A stretch of 64,000 bases of DNA from a bacterium (GTDB lineage: Bacteria; Electryoneota; JAOADG01), in contig OY820579.1 in assembly GCA_963681965.1 (NCBI GenBank), forward strand, positions 640,001 to 704,000, in the 5' to 3' direction. Each line of letters starts with the position of its first letter. The stretch's first letter is position 1. Shown one piece after another: positions 9,731 through 19,571 of the stretch. Made by a program: the position numbers and the translations under genes. The notes beneath the pieces are model-generated. The model saw nothing but the letters and a program-made list of their open reading frames with translations. It was not told the DNA's origin and did no database searches.

Positions 9731-10776
9731 CGTCGGACATATTCCTGATGCCATGAAACTGTGGCAGAATCGATGAAAGGCTCGGCAACATCCAACACTC
9801 GTTCCACCGACAACAAGCGCATACACTCCCCTTTCGGGCAGGTCTTTTCCTTGCAGAAGGGGCAATCCTCTTCGGGAAACTCCGGTACTAACGAGCGTTC
9901 CGGATGATCCAATACACCCCACCGTTCGGGACCACAGTCGATCAGCGGCGGAAACAGACCGAACGTTGGGCATCCCAACGCATTTGCGAGATGAAGCGGT
10001 CCGGTTGAGTTGGCGATCGTGATTCTAGCAAACGATAATAGCGACATTAATTCCGTTAGCGACGTCTCCCCGGCGAGCATCAATATTTTTTTGGGATTGG
10101 TTTTGGCAATTTGAATTGCCAGCTTCCGCTCGCGTTGATTGCCGGTAACGACTACAAACGTGTCGGACCGTTTCGACAGCGTCTCCGCGACCATTTCAAA
10201 GTGTTCCAACGGCCAATCGCGACTGGATCCACCCGAACCGGGATGAAGTACTGCAATCTTCATATTGTGCGCAACACCGGCAGATTCCAGTCGCTCCGCC
10301 ATCGTTTTTAAATTGTCGGGATCCAGTAGGAATGTGGGACGTACGGTTCGATCGGCGCGAAACACTTGATCCAATAAATCGAAATTCAATTCCGTCTCGT
10401 GCCGTCCACTGGCATGACGTCGCACCGCGACACGTTCGTTAAAGAAGATGCTATAACCGCGTCGCCCGGTTCCGATTCGTCGCGATACTCCGGCAAAAAA
10501 CAGTCTTCGCGCCAATTTCGGGTGAGGCCATAAAACCACCGCAACACTCCACTCGCGCAACAAATCTTTGTCCAATTTTGTTTCGGGTGAGACTTCCCAC
10601 ACGACATCGACTTCATTGCATGCCTGTACAACTTCGCCAATCCCGTCATTCACTAAAAATCCTACCTTGATTTCAGGATTGATTTTTTTCACGGCAGCAG
10701 CAAGCGGGAGTGACAGAACAACATCACCGAGACGATCTTGGCGACAAAAAAGAATTGAGTCCGTTAGTGGTTTCAT
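9715..10776 (-). CDS. Glycosyltransferase family 9 (heptosyltransferase-like)
   Basis: RQDRLGDVVLSLP, HPGSGGSSRDWP, NSTGPLHLANALG. Confidence 0.88.
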   Translation of the reverse strand: MKPLTDSILFCRQDRLGDVVLSLPLAAAVKKINPEIKVGFLVNDGIGEVVQACNEVDVVWEVSPETKLDKDLLREWSVAVVLWPHPKLARRLFFAGVSRRIGTGRRGYSIFFNERVAVRRHASGRHETELNFDLLDQVFRADRTVRPTFLLDPDNLKTMAERLESAGVAHNMKIAVLHPGSGGSSRDWPLEHFEMVAETLSKRSDTFVVVTGNQRERKLAIQIAKTNPKKILMLAGETSLTELMSLLSFARITIANSTGPLHLANALGCPTFGLFPPLIDCGPERWGVLDHPERSLVPEFPEEDCPFCKEKTCPKGECMRLLSVERVLDVAEPFIDSATVSWHQEYVRRCAGL

Positions 10777-10840
10777 AGAATGTCTATTATTCAATCCAAA
10801 AAGAGAGTGTCAGGTTATGCCACAACAAATTGTAAATTGA

Positions 10841-11332
10841 TTACTCGCTACGTATCGATTTAGCGCGTTCCCGAAGCATCGGAAAAATCCGATTGATTTC
10901 CGTTGCAATTCGGTCGCGATACAACCGATACCGGTTCATATTCTGTCCAAAGGGATCGTCGATATCGTGTTCCCGACTCGACGGCGGTTCCGGCCAACTT
11001 CCGAGCACCGAAACATCGACGCTATCCGGGGCGCGATAATTGACATCGTCGAAGTGCTCACGCGTCATTCCGAGTACAATGTCGAACTTCTCCAGCAACT
11101 TGCGAGTGACAGCTTGCGATCGATGCGGAGTGATATCGATTCCAAGTTCTTCCATCACCGTTACCGTTACAGCTAGTGCTCCGGAGCCACCCATTGTTTC
11201 CGTACCAGCCGATGCAACTTCAATTTCCCCGCTTGCTTCCTGTTCGACTATATTTCGCAACAGATATTCCGCCATTGCGCTTCGACAGATATTGCCACTG
11301 CATACGAATAACACGCGCAACGGTCGATTCAC
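10841..11332 (-). CDS. Low-molecular-weight protein tyrosine/arginine phosphatase
   Basis: VLFVCSGNICRSAMAE (CX5R P-loop), SAGT, DIDDPFG general-acid loop. Confidence 0.9.
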   Translation of the reverse strand: MNRPLRVLFVCSGNICRSAMAEYLLRNIVEQEASGEIEVASAGTETMGGSGALAVTVTVMEELGIDITPHRSQAVTRKLLEKFDIVLGMTREHFDDVNYRAPDSVDVSVLGSWPEPPSSREHDIDDPFGQNMNRYRLYRDRIATEINRIFPMLRERAKSIRSE

Positions 11333-11376
11333 AAATTCCCCCCATTTTCCTAATTCTTTTCGCTTGTGCCGATGAT

Positions 11377-12600
11377 TTATCGCTTGCGAAGTTGTTCCGC
11401 AATTGACTGGTTGTGTTGTTTCGTGGCTCGCAAAATTAATTCCGGTAGTATTCGATCGATCTCGGACGAGATTTGATCGCGAATTCGGCGATAACCCTCC
11501 ATACCACTATTAACCGGAGCAGCAATTCCAGTTGTCGATTCGCCTTTATCCCGAAGAAAACCGGTCAACACCGACACTTCCTGATTTTCGATTATGGGAT
11601 ATTCAGTCGTCAGTTTCAATCGATGATCTTCGCTCATTGTCAAGATCAAATCGAAACATGAATGATCAATTTCACTCACCGTAAACGGACGGTGACTCCG
11701 GACATCGATTCCCAGCTCCTGCATTGCCGAAATCGTCTGCGGCGACGGCAACCGTTTCGGATCGATCTGCAGTCCTGCCGATCGAATGGCAATTGGAACT
11801 TCCGGTGCTTCCTGATTCCAACGATGTCGCAACAGCGCTTCTGCCATCGCACTTCGACACACGTTTTCGGTACAAACAAATAAAATCCGATAGGGTACCG
11901 GCAGCGGTCGATCTTGCAAACTCCAGTCGAATCCGAATCCTTCACTTTCGCAGACTCGACGCAATTCCTCGAATGGATATGCACCCGAGCGCAGTAAAAG
12001 AAGACGATCGCCGGCAAACTCGATTACAGTCGAATGTTTTCCGATCGGTGTATCACCGCCATCCCAGATAAAATCGACTTTCTCCAACCAATCGCCGGGC
12101 AATTCCGACAATTTCCGCGAACCCAGCTCGGGATAAATTGCCGCCCTGGTAACTGCCAGCGGGCGCCCTATTTCTCTTGCCAATTGCAAAGCCAGAGGAT
12201 GCTGGGGAATCCGGATCCAAATTTTCCGCTCGTCGTCACACATCCACGATGGTATTTCATCATTGGCTTTCAGCACCACGGTCACCGGACCGGGCAACAG
12301 GTAACCGAGCAGCCGCAAAGCAGTCGGTTTCAACAGAACTGTCAACGCGACGATATCTTTCAGCGAGCTGACTAAAATGCTGAACGGGCGCCGATCGACC
12401 GCTGGTTGCTTATAGCGACGAAGCATCTGCATTCGTGCCTGAACCTCGAGGTTATCGGCAATTCCCGTAAGTACATATACCGTTTCCATCGGTAAAATGC
12501 CAATACCGAGGTGGCGCAAGCGCGACGCGACCGCTAAAATCCGGGGACGATTCAAAGCAAGCGGGTCGTCGTGAATATCCAGACGCTCGTCGAACGGCAT
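11377..12600 (-). CDS. Sua5/YrdC(TsaC)-like domain fused to an LMW phosphatase domain, both degenerate
   Basis: N-half: PMETVYVL, LPGPVTVVL, IRIPQHP, STVI, LRSGA; C-half: ILFVCTENVCRSAMAE, SAG; start ATG overlaps the lptE stop (TAATG). Confidence 0.82.
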   Translation of the reverse strand: MPFDERLDIHDDPLALNRPRILAVASRLRHLGIGILPMETVYVLTGIADNLEVQARMQMLRRYKQPAVDRRPFSILVSSLKDIVALTVLLKPTALRLLGYLLPGPVTVVLKANDEIPSWMCDDERKIWIRIPQHPLALQLAREIGRPLAVTRAAIYPELGSRKLSELPGDWLEKVDFIWDGGDTPIGKHSTVIEFAGDRLLLLRSGAYPFEELRRVCESEGFGFDWSLQDRPLPVPYRILFVCTENVCRSAMAEALLRHRWNQEAPEVPIAIRSAGLQIDPKRLPSPQTISAMQELGIDVRSHRPFTVSEIDHSCFDLILTMSEDHRLKLTTEYPIIENQEVSVLTGFLRDKGESTTGIAAPVNSGMEGYRRIRDQISSEIDRILPELILRATKQHNQSIAEQLRKR

Positions 12601-13112
12601 TACCACCCCGACAATGTTTTATTGACGACGTCGTCGGCTAGTTTTTTTACCGCGATATCGACAGCAGTCTGACGACCGGCAGTGCCTCCGTCCGCGGTTT
12701 TGAACGTGCCCCATCCCGTTAGTGTTCCCTCAAACAATACTTTGTTTTTTACCCGATCGTAGAGCTTGAATTCCGCAGTAATCGTTACCCGGGTATCGCT
12801 GACAATTTCGCTGGAATTATAGGTATACGGCGCTTCGGAGAGATTTAATATCGTACCGGTTAGGATTGCGTCAGCGCGTTGCTCGTCGCTTGGATTCAAC
12901 GTATTGTCGCGACGAAACGCTGCGATCAGGGCATCGGTAAGGTTTTCCCGTAGTCCGAATTCCGAAGTACGGTCTTCCATTGTCGGCACCGCGATTGTAT
13001 GCAAATGCGACGGGGCATTTCCGGTAAAACTGTATTTGAAACAACCGCTTAGCATCGATCCAATGATGAGCGCAGTCAAGACAAATAATAGGGTTCGGGT
13101 TTGAGTTCTCAC
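12600..13112 (-). CDS. lptE: LPS assembly lipoprotein LptE family
   Basis: Lipobox LSGC followed by YSFTG, ADAILTGTI, RVTIT, terminal W; typical of FCB-type LptE. Confidence 0.78.
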   Translation of the reverse strand: MRTQTRTLLFVLTALIIGSMLSGCFKYSFTGNAPSHLHTIAVPTMEDRTSEFGLRENLTDALIAAFRRDNTLNPSDEQRADAILTGTILNLSEAPYTYNSSEIVSDTRVTITAEFKLYDRVKNKVLFEGTLTGWGTFKTADGGTAGRQTAVDIAVKKLADDVVNKTLSGW

Positions 13113-13174
13113 GGCTCTAATTTGTTCAATTCTAGCCTAATTCGCAACAAAATGCGGTTCGGACTGGTTTATCG

Positions 13175-14653
13175 TCAAACTTTCGGTTCCGGAACATCAT
13201 TTTCGGTTAATCCGGAAGCCAGAATTGCTTTTCTAATTTGGAAAAATCTTTGGACTTGCGGGGTTTCCCGGATTAATTGCCGACGTTCAATCAAATTAAC
13301 GGCATTTTGATACGCCTCGCGCCATGACATTTCTGAAGATAGTGTATCTTGATGTTTGCTCGGTAATGCCATCTGGGTTCTTGCTAGCCGAAACTCCAAG
13401 TTGATTTTCGGCAACAAATAGTTGAGCATATTCAGTCGGAAAGAGGTATCATCCAGCTTGCGTTCAACCTCTTTGATCAATTTATATGCATCATCAAGCA
13501 AATTTTCCGCAAGCAGACAGTCGACCATACAACAGCGCGACAAAGCTAGATATTCTTGATCCGACAATTGTTGGAAAATGGCTGTTGCCTGTTTGATTAC
13601 CGCCATTGCTTCCAGCGATTCGCCTTTACCCAAATGCATTCGACCAATTTTGAGTAATATCTGCGCTTCCAAATGCTCCATTTTCAGATTACGATAGATA
13701 TCGAGAGCTTCCAGATACAGGTGATACGCTGCTTCAAAATCCTGAAGAAAGAGACATAAATCGGCTTTATTGACAATACCGTTACCTTCGCAACGTCGGT
13801 CACCATAATCGCGTGCCAAATCGATCGAAAGATCCAAACACTTCTGAGATTCTTCGAAGCGCCCCGAATACAAATAACTCTCGCCCAAGTTGCCGTAAAC
13901 CACAGAAAGGTAGCGTTTGTTACCCGTTTTATCAAAGTAATCGATCACTTTTTCCAACGATTCACAGGCGGCAGGATATTCTTCATTCATCATGTGGATG
14001 TAGCTCTTGCCCTCATATACCGCCATTAAATCGCTTTGAATGTTGTTCAGCTTGGCGAGTGTTATCGCTTCCTCAATTCTTGTCTTGGCAAGATCGGCTT
14101 GAAATGCCCGCTGCAATTCTTTTGCCGACATTGTCAATAACCAGATTTCATCGCTACGGTTACCCAGTTCTCGACTGAGTGCAATCGCTTCGTCCACATG
14201 GATTTGTGCTTCGCTAATTCGGTTGTTCTCAAATAAAAAGCCGGTATAATTACCCAATACATTAAGGAGGCGTGGTTTTTCGCCTATTTCACGAATGATC
14301 TTGAGTGCCGCTTGATATTCGGAATCGGCGAGTTCACTGTGACATTGGACCCGATGTAAATTACCAAGTACCCCGTGTGCTGCGGCGAAACCGCTTGGAT
14401 TGCCTAGTTTTTCAAATTCATCCAACGCTTGCTTTAAATACAGGTAAGATCGATCCGGATCGTGATAGATCAAATTTCGACCCAGATCAAGATGAGCATT
14501 TGCGATTTTATGTAAATCCTGGTGCGCTTCGGCGAGTGCTAAAATTCGATACAGCAACTTAACCGCATCTTCGCGATGCTCCTCAACTTGTAACCCCTGA
14601 AACTGCTCGATCAAGCGTTCTAATTCACTCATTTCTGTTTCGGATTGCGACAC
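13175..14653 (-). CDS. Tetratricopeptide repeat protein
   Basis: About 40-aa helical repeats (GNLG...G, A...Y..AL.I...G); no signal peptide. Confidence 0.8.
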   Translation of the reverse strand: MSQSETEMSELERLIEQFQGLQVEEHREDAVKLLYRILALAEAHQDLHKIANAHLDLGRNLIYHDPDRSYLYLKQALDEFEKLGNPSGFAAAHGVLGNLHRVQCHSELADSEYQAALKIIREIGEKPRLLNVLGNYTGFLFENNRISEAQIHVDEAIALSRELGNRSDEIWLLTMSAKELQRAFQADLAKTRIEEAITLAKLNNIQSDLMAVYEGKSYIHMMNEEYPAACESLEKVIDYFDKTGNKRYLSVVYGNLGESYLYSGRFEESQKCLDLSIDLARDYGDRRCEGNGIVNKADLCLFLQDFEAAYHLYLEALDIYRNLKMEHLEAQILLKIGRMHLGKGESLEAMAVIKQATAIFQQLSDQEYLALSRCCMVDCLLAENLLDDAYKLIKEVERKLDDTSFRLNMLNYLLPKINLEFRLARTQMALPSKHQDTLSSEMSWREAYQNAVNLIERRQLIRETPQVQRFFQIRKAILASGLTENDVPEPKV

Positions 14654-14674
14654 TTTTTTCCCGATTCGATTTTG

Positions 14675-16216
14675 TTATTCGACATGATTTTCTATTTGCC
14701 GTTGCAAGTACTCGGGGATTGGAATATCCGATTCCGGGATACGCAATTGCAATAAATCGGTTCGCAGATCAAGGAAATAGCTAACCTGATTGTGAGTGCT
14801 CGTTAGTTGAAATTGTGTGATGATTTCGAGCATTTTGTTGTATCGTTCGAATATTCGCGGCAACTTACTCCAGTCGATTACCCGATTGGACAGAAATTCG
14901 ACTCGACTACTCCCAAAAGCTTTTACCAATTCAAACCGGCATGCCGTCGCATAAAAATCGATAAAATCGGAGTGAGTTCGCAGATCCGGGAGAAATTGAT
15001 CGATTTTCGAAATATATATTTCCGCGTCACTCGTTTTACCGAGTTCGAGCAGATACTTGATTAATCTCGATCCGGATCGCAAGAAATCCGGCAGCAGGTG
15101 CTCTTCCTCGACAATTTCTAAGCTCTCTTTGAGCAATGCAATCGCTCGATCAGTATCCCCCTGTTGCCAAGGAATTTTAGCAATATCACGCAATACAAGT
15201 GCCTCTTGATTGCGATTGCCGTGGTGCCGATGAATTTCCAAGGCATCCTGAAAATACCGGTGTGCTCGCTCCAGATCGTTCATCTTGAAATACAAATCCG
15301 CCAAGCAGGATAAACTGAAACCGATGAAAGTAGCGTTCCCTTGTTTTCGATAGAGTTCGTTCGCACGTAGAAAATGTTGTTCCGATTCGGCAATCTCACC
15401 CACCCAGAACAACGATAACGCAAGCGAGGTTTCGATGGTCGCTTCCATTCTCTTCTCGTTCGCACTTTGAATTCTTGCCAGCGCTTCGCGATAATAGTTG
15501 ATTGATGCTAAGTAATTCCCTTGATGACGAAGGATAAATCCTTTGCATTCGGCTGATAGCGCAATCAATAAATTATTGTCGCATTCGGTAGCCATTTGTA
15601 TGGCTAAGTTAACAGTATTGATCGCATCTAATGTTTTCGCATTATTGTATTGAATCTTTGCGTAATTTATTAAGTGACGGGTCAACATTTCGAAATTTTT
15701 TGTTTGATGCGACACCAAAATTGCTTCTTGCATATACTGCTCGGCTTCTTTGGTGTAATTATTCTCGAACAAGAAACCGGAAAAATTTCCCAGTGCTTTC
15801 TGAAGATTGATTGAATCGCCGGTAGCGCGGTAACTGTCGATCGCTTTGCGGTAATTGTCGATGGCAAGATCGGCTTCAGCCTCCAGCCGGTAATGATTTC
15901 CGAGATACATATAGATATCGCCCAAGATCCCGGTATATCCGATCGATTGGCAGATTGTAAGACTTTGCGATAACGTTCGGAAGCCGCTTGTACGATCGAA
16001 TTCGAATTCGAAAATTCCCAATTCTCGTAGAATATCGGCGGCTTGTTGTCGATCTTCTTGCTGAATTGCGCTGGTTGCTGCTTGTCGAAAATGCTCTTGC
16101 GCGGCAATATTTTCGCCGTTATTCCGGTATTCTCGAGCGACGCGAAGCAATTCATCGGTTGAGTGAGTTTCACTCAAACCTGGCTGTAGCGTTTCTTCCA
16201 TATTCAACTCACTCAT
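14675..16216 (-). CDS. Tetratricopeptide repeat protein (paralogue of 13175-14653)
   Basis: Same repeat pattern; shared segments LGNHYR/LGNLHR and LGNFSGFLFENN/LGNYTGFLFENN; similar C-termini. Confidence 0.8.
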   Translation of the reverse strand: MSELNMEETLQPGLSETHSTDELLRVAREYRNNGENIAAQEHFRQAATSAIQQEDRQQAADILRELGIFEFEFDRTSGFRTLSQSLTICQSIGYTGILGDIYMYLGNHYRLEAEADLAIDNYRKAIDSYRATGDSINLQKALGNFSGFLFENNYTKEAEQYMQEAILVSHQTKNFEMLTRHLINYAKIQYNNAKTLDAINTVNLAIQMATECDNNLLIALSAECKGFILRHQGNYLASINYYREALARIQSANEKRMEATIETSLALSLFWVGEIAESEQHFLRANELYRKQGNATFIGFSLSCLADLYFKMNDLERAHRYFQDALEIHRHHGNRNQEALVLRDIAKIPWQQGDTDRAIALLKESLEIVEEEHLLPDFLRSGSRLIKYLLELGKTSDAEIYISKIDQFLPDLRTHSDFIDFYATACRFELVKAFGSSRVEFLSNRVIDWSKLPRIFERYNKMLEIITQFQLTSTHNQVSYFLDLRTDLLQLRIPESDIPIPEYLQRQIENHVE

Positions 16217-16231
16217 TGTTCCCCCATCTTT

Positions 16232-17413
16232 TTACGAGAACATTCGTAATTTGCGATACAGCGTTCGTTCGGAGATTCCAAGTCGTTGTGCCGCTTCGCG
16301 GCGATTTCCATTCGCCATCTTCAGCGCCTCGCGTACGGCTTCCTGTTCGCGCTCTTGCACTGTCGGAAAAATCGAAATCGCTTGATCGGCGGAGTTGATT
16401 TGGTTGCGCTGTTCTTCCTGACGCAACAGCGCGGTTGCCACCATTCCCTTTAATTCGCGCAAGTCGCGGCGGATTTCCTGCAGTTCATGAATCAACGGTG
16501 AATCGCCGCCAACCTTCTGCTCGATCCGATCGAATTCGGGAAATTCCGATCGCGACAACAGCACCGGCAAACGTCGCGAAGTGGGAACCAATTTCGCATA
16601 CACCGGTTGAACCCGTTCCAGCGTAATGGCACCACTGGCACGATCAAGTGAATGGAACCCTTCAACAAACCAGCGCAGTTCCCGTACGTTCCCTTCCCAG
16701 CGTTGTTCCGATAACCAGTGCAGTGCGGATGGGGTCCACTCGATTGCTTCGGTTCGATTCCGTTTGGCAAACTGCCGTGAGAACAACTGAATCAAGAGTG
16801 GAATATCTTCCGGACGCTCGCGTAATGGCGGTAATTCAATCTGCACGGCGCGAATCCGGTAGTATAAATCGAGCCGGAATTTTTCTTGCAATGTCGCATG
16901 CGACAAATCGCGATTGGTCGAAGAAATCAATCGAAAATTCACTTTAATCGGATCGGCTCCACCCAGCCGTGTAACCAGATTCGTTTCCAATACCCGTAGC
17001 AATTTTACTTGCATCGAAATCGGCATTTCACCGATCTCGTCGAGCAATAACGTTCCCTTATCGGCTTGTTCGAATAGTCCCGCACGACTGCGATCCGCAC
17101 CAGTGTAAGCGCCGCGGACGGTACCGAACATTTCCGACTCAAACAATCCTTCCGGGATCGCGCCGCAATTCACCGGCACAAACGGTTGCGACCGGCGCGG
17201 CGATTGCTCGTGGATTAATCGTGCTGCAACTTCCTTACCGGTACCGGATTCACCAATTACCAATACCGGTACATCGACTTGTGCAACTTGATCAATCAAT
17301 TGTCGAACCGCACGCATCGCATCGGATTCGCCCAGCAATCTCGGCGGATCTTCATCTCCGGAACCCGCCGGTAATGCTGCCAATCGCTTGATTTCCGGCA
17401 TTTCATTGCCCAT
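16232..17413 (-). CDS. Sigma54-dependent (Fis-family) transcriptional activator lacking an N-terminal sensory domain
   Basis: GESGTGKE (Walker A), ESEMFG..RGAYTGA, LLLDEIGEM, FRLDLYYR, WEGNVREL, C-terminal HTH LGISERTLYRKL. Confidence 0.92.
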   Translation of the reverse strand: MGNEMPEIKRLAALPAGSGDEDPPRLLGESDAMRAVRQLIDQVAQVDVPVLVIGESGTGKEVAARLIHEQSPRRSQPFVPVNCGAIPEGLFESEMFGTVRGAYTGADRSRAGLFEQADKGTLLLDEIGEMPISMQVKLLRVLETNLVTRLGGADPIKVNFRLISSTNRDLSHATLQEKFRLDLYYRIRAVQIELPPLRERPEDIPLLIQLFSRQFAKRNRTEAIEWTPSALHWLSEQRWEGNVRELRWFVEGFHSLDRASGAITLERVQPVYAKLVPTSRRLPVLLSRSEFPEFDRIEQKVGGDSPLIHELQEIRRDLRELKGMVATALLRQEEQRNQINSADQAISIFPTVQEREQEAVREALKMANGNRREAAQRLGISERTLYRKLRMFS

Positions 17414-17455
17414 ACTTATTTCTCGACTGCAAAATTGTGAGACTTAACCATCGAA

Positions 17456-19549
17456 TTACAGATTTACAACTAATCCATCGACTGCAACTTCGAATAATGG
17501 AATGGAACTTGTCATCGCGGCAGTATGCCATTCCAGAATATTTTTTTCTTTCGCTGCCGGAATATGTGTTAGAACGATTCTAGGAATCCGGTGTTTTGCC
17601 GCTAGATCGATTGTTGCCTGTGCCGGAATGTGAGTTGCTTCGATCAACAGTAGATCGGCATCGGAGAGATATTGCTCCACCTCGTCGAGATTCGGAATAT
17701 CCGATGGGTAGACGATGAGGCGATCGGCGATACGAATCCGGAAACCGTTACTGACACAGCCGATCTGCAGCGGATCGCACCACTCGCGATACTTTTCAAG
17801 GTGCGTCGTCGGAAAAGTATCCAATTTCATTGTTTCGTCGGAATATCCTTGCACACCCAGCGGGTGAAACGAAAATGGAAACGACAATCGTTGCTCATGC
17901 AGGTAAAGGTTGCGATAATAATTCCGGAATATCTCGATTTTGTCTTCAGGTAAATAAATTGCTAGCGGTGTCTTGCGCTTCGCGAGATGAAGCATCTGCA
18001 ACAACATCGGCAAGCCGGAAACATGGTCGGGATGGGTGTGCGACAGAAACAGTGCGCGCAGTTTCGAATGATCGATTCCGAGTCGTAAAATCGTTCGCGC
18101 CACATCTTCACCGGCATCTATTAGATAACTAGCGGTGTCAGTTTCTAACCAATATGCCGACGGGGTACGATCGACTGACGGCATCCCGGAACCACTGCCG
18201 AGAACGGTGAGTCGTACACCTTGAATGTTTCTCGGTTCACCATGAGTACCGAGCATGCGATGACCGATATCGTGACGATAATGTTTCCCGGCAAATTGAA
18301 TCGCTTGCGCCAATTCGAATGCTGCGCGTTGCGCTTCCAGCGTCGTTTTACCGGCACCGATCGCATTCAACACTCGTCCACCGGCAGTAACTAATTTACC
18401 GTCTTCACCGAGCTTCGTGCCGGCATGAAAGAGGATTTGCGAAGCTTTGCATTTCGGGAGCTGAATCGGGGTTCCCGAAACTGGTGAGCCGGGATAACCG
18501 CGTGCGGCGAGTACTACACAAAATTGAATCAGATTTGGTTTAGCGAGCATTTTCCAGTCGCCGGACTGCCAACCGTAGCGACCTTGCAATTCCGATAGTG
18601 TTCCGTTTGCGGTCGCGAGTAGCAGTTCCAACGTATCGCAATTCAGGAGTGGCAGTAACGATTGTGTTTCGGGATCGCCGAAGCGGACATTGTACTCCAA
18701 CACATACGGTTCATCGCCTACGAACATTAGTCCAATGAACAATACTCCGCGAAAAGGTATACCACGTTTTTTCATGGCATTCAACGTCGGCTCGACGATG
18801 CGTTTGATCGTTTGCTGCAACCGGGAATCAGTGATTGCCGGCGATGGTGTACAGCTTCCCATCCCGCCGGTATTCGGTCCGCGATCGTCCTCCAGCATCC
18901 GTTTATGATCCTGCGACGGTGGCAGTATTTGATAACTCTCCCCATCGGAGAGGACGAATAGCGATGCTTCTTCACCATCGAGATACTCTTCGATGACAAC
19001 GGTTTTACCGGAATCGCCGAGTTTCCCGTCGCGCAACCACGCGACTAGTGTCGCATCCGCTTCGGATTCGTCGCGGGCAATCACGACTCCTTTACCGGCA
19101 GCCAATCCCGAGGCTTTGATCACGACCGGGTAGTGCATCCAGTCTTCCAGATAATTTTTCGCCGAATTGTAATCGGTGAAGGTCACAAATTTCGCTGTGG
19201 GAATGTGGGCTTCGTGCATCAGCGCTTTGGAAAATGCTTTCGATCCTTCCAGTTGCGCGGCAGCGGCGGATGGTCCGAAACAGGCGATACCGCGGGCTTC
19301 CAGCCGGTCGACCAAACCGAGAATTAGTGGTACTTCGGGACCGATTGCTACCAATTCGATCCGATTTGCCAGGACGAATTGTTCGATTGCGTCAAGATTG
19401 TCCGCCTTGATGGCGACGCATTCCGCGACTTCGGCGATACCGGGATTGCCCGGTGTGCAATAGATTTTTGGATGTTGCGATGATTGTGCCAGCGACCATG
19501 CCAGCGCATGCTCGCGACCACCGGAACCGATTAAAAGGATGTTCTTCAT
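17456..19549 (-). CDS. purD: Phosphoribosylamine-glycine ligase fused to a C-terminal RNase Z/AtsA-like metallo-beta-lactamase domain
   Basis: GSGGREHAL, GLAAGKGV, QDHKR, GPNTGGMG, EYNVRFGDPE, HYRHDIG, then LGSGSG, IDAGE, SHTHPDH, PSD, LIEAT, LTH in one 697-aa frame. Confidence 0.9.
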   Translation of the reverse strand: MKNILLIGSGGREHALAWSLAQSSQHPKIYCTPGNPGIAEVAECVAIKADNLDAIEQFVLANRIELVAIGPEVPLILGLVDRLEARGIACFGPSAAAAQLEGSKAFSKALMHEAHIPTAKFVTFTDYNSAKNYLEDWMHYPVVIKASGLAAGKGVVIARDESEADATLVAWLRDGKLGDSGKTVVIEEYLDGEEASLFVLSDGESYQILPPSQDHKRMLEDDRGPNTGGMGSCTPSPAITDSRLQQTIKRIVEPTLNAMKKRGIPFRGVLFIGLMFVGDEPYVLEYNVRFGDPETQSLLPLLNCDTLELLLATANGTLSELQGRYGWQSGDWKMLAKPNLIQFCVVLAARGYPGSPVSGTPIQLPKCKASQILFHAGTKLGEDGKLVTAGGRVLNAIGAGKTTLEAQRAAFELAQAIQFAGKHYRHDIGHRMLGTHGEPRNIQGVRLTVLGSGSGMPSVDRTPSAYWLETDTASYLIDAGEDVARTILRLGIDHSKLRALFLSHTHPDHVSGLPMLLQMLHLAKRKTPLAIYLPEDKIEIFRNYYRNLYLHEQRLSFPFSFHPLGVQGYSDETMKLDTFPTTHLEKYREWCDPLQIGCVSNGFRIRIADRLIVYPSDIPNLDEVEQYLSDADLLLIEATHIPAQATIDLAAKHRIPRIVLTHIPAAKEKNILEWHTAAMTSSIPLFEVAVDGLVVNL

Positions 19550-19571
19550 GGATTAGTAACTCAATTTAATA

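Noticed and set aside
13175-16216. TPR pair as an anti-phage (Avs/CHAT-type) system
   Set aside because: No NTPase, protease or nuclease domain is detectable in or beside these genes.
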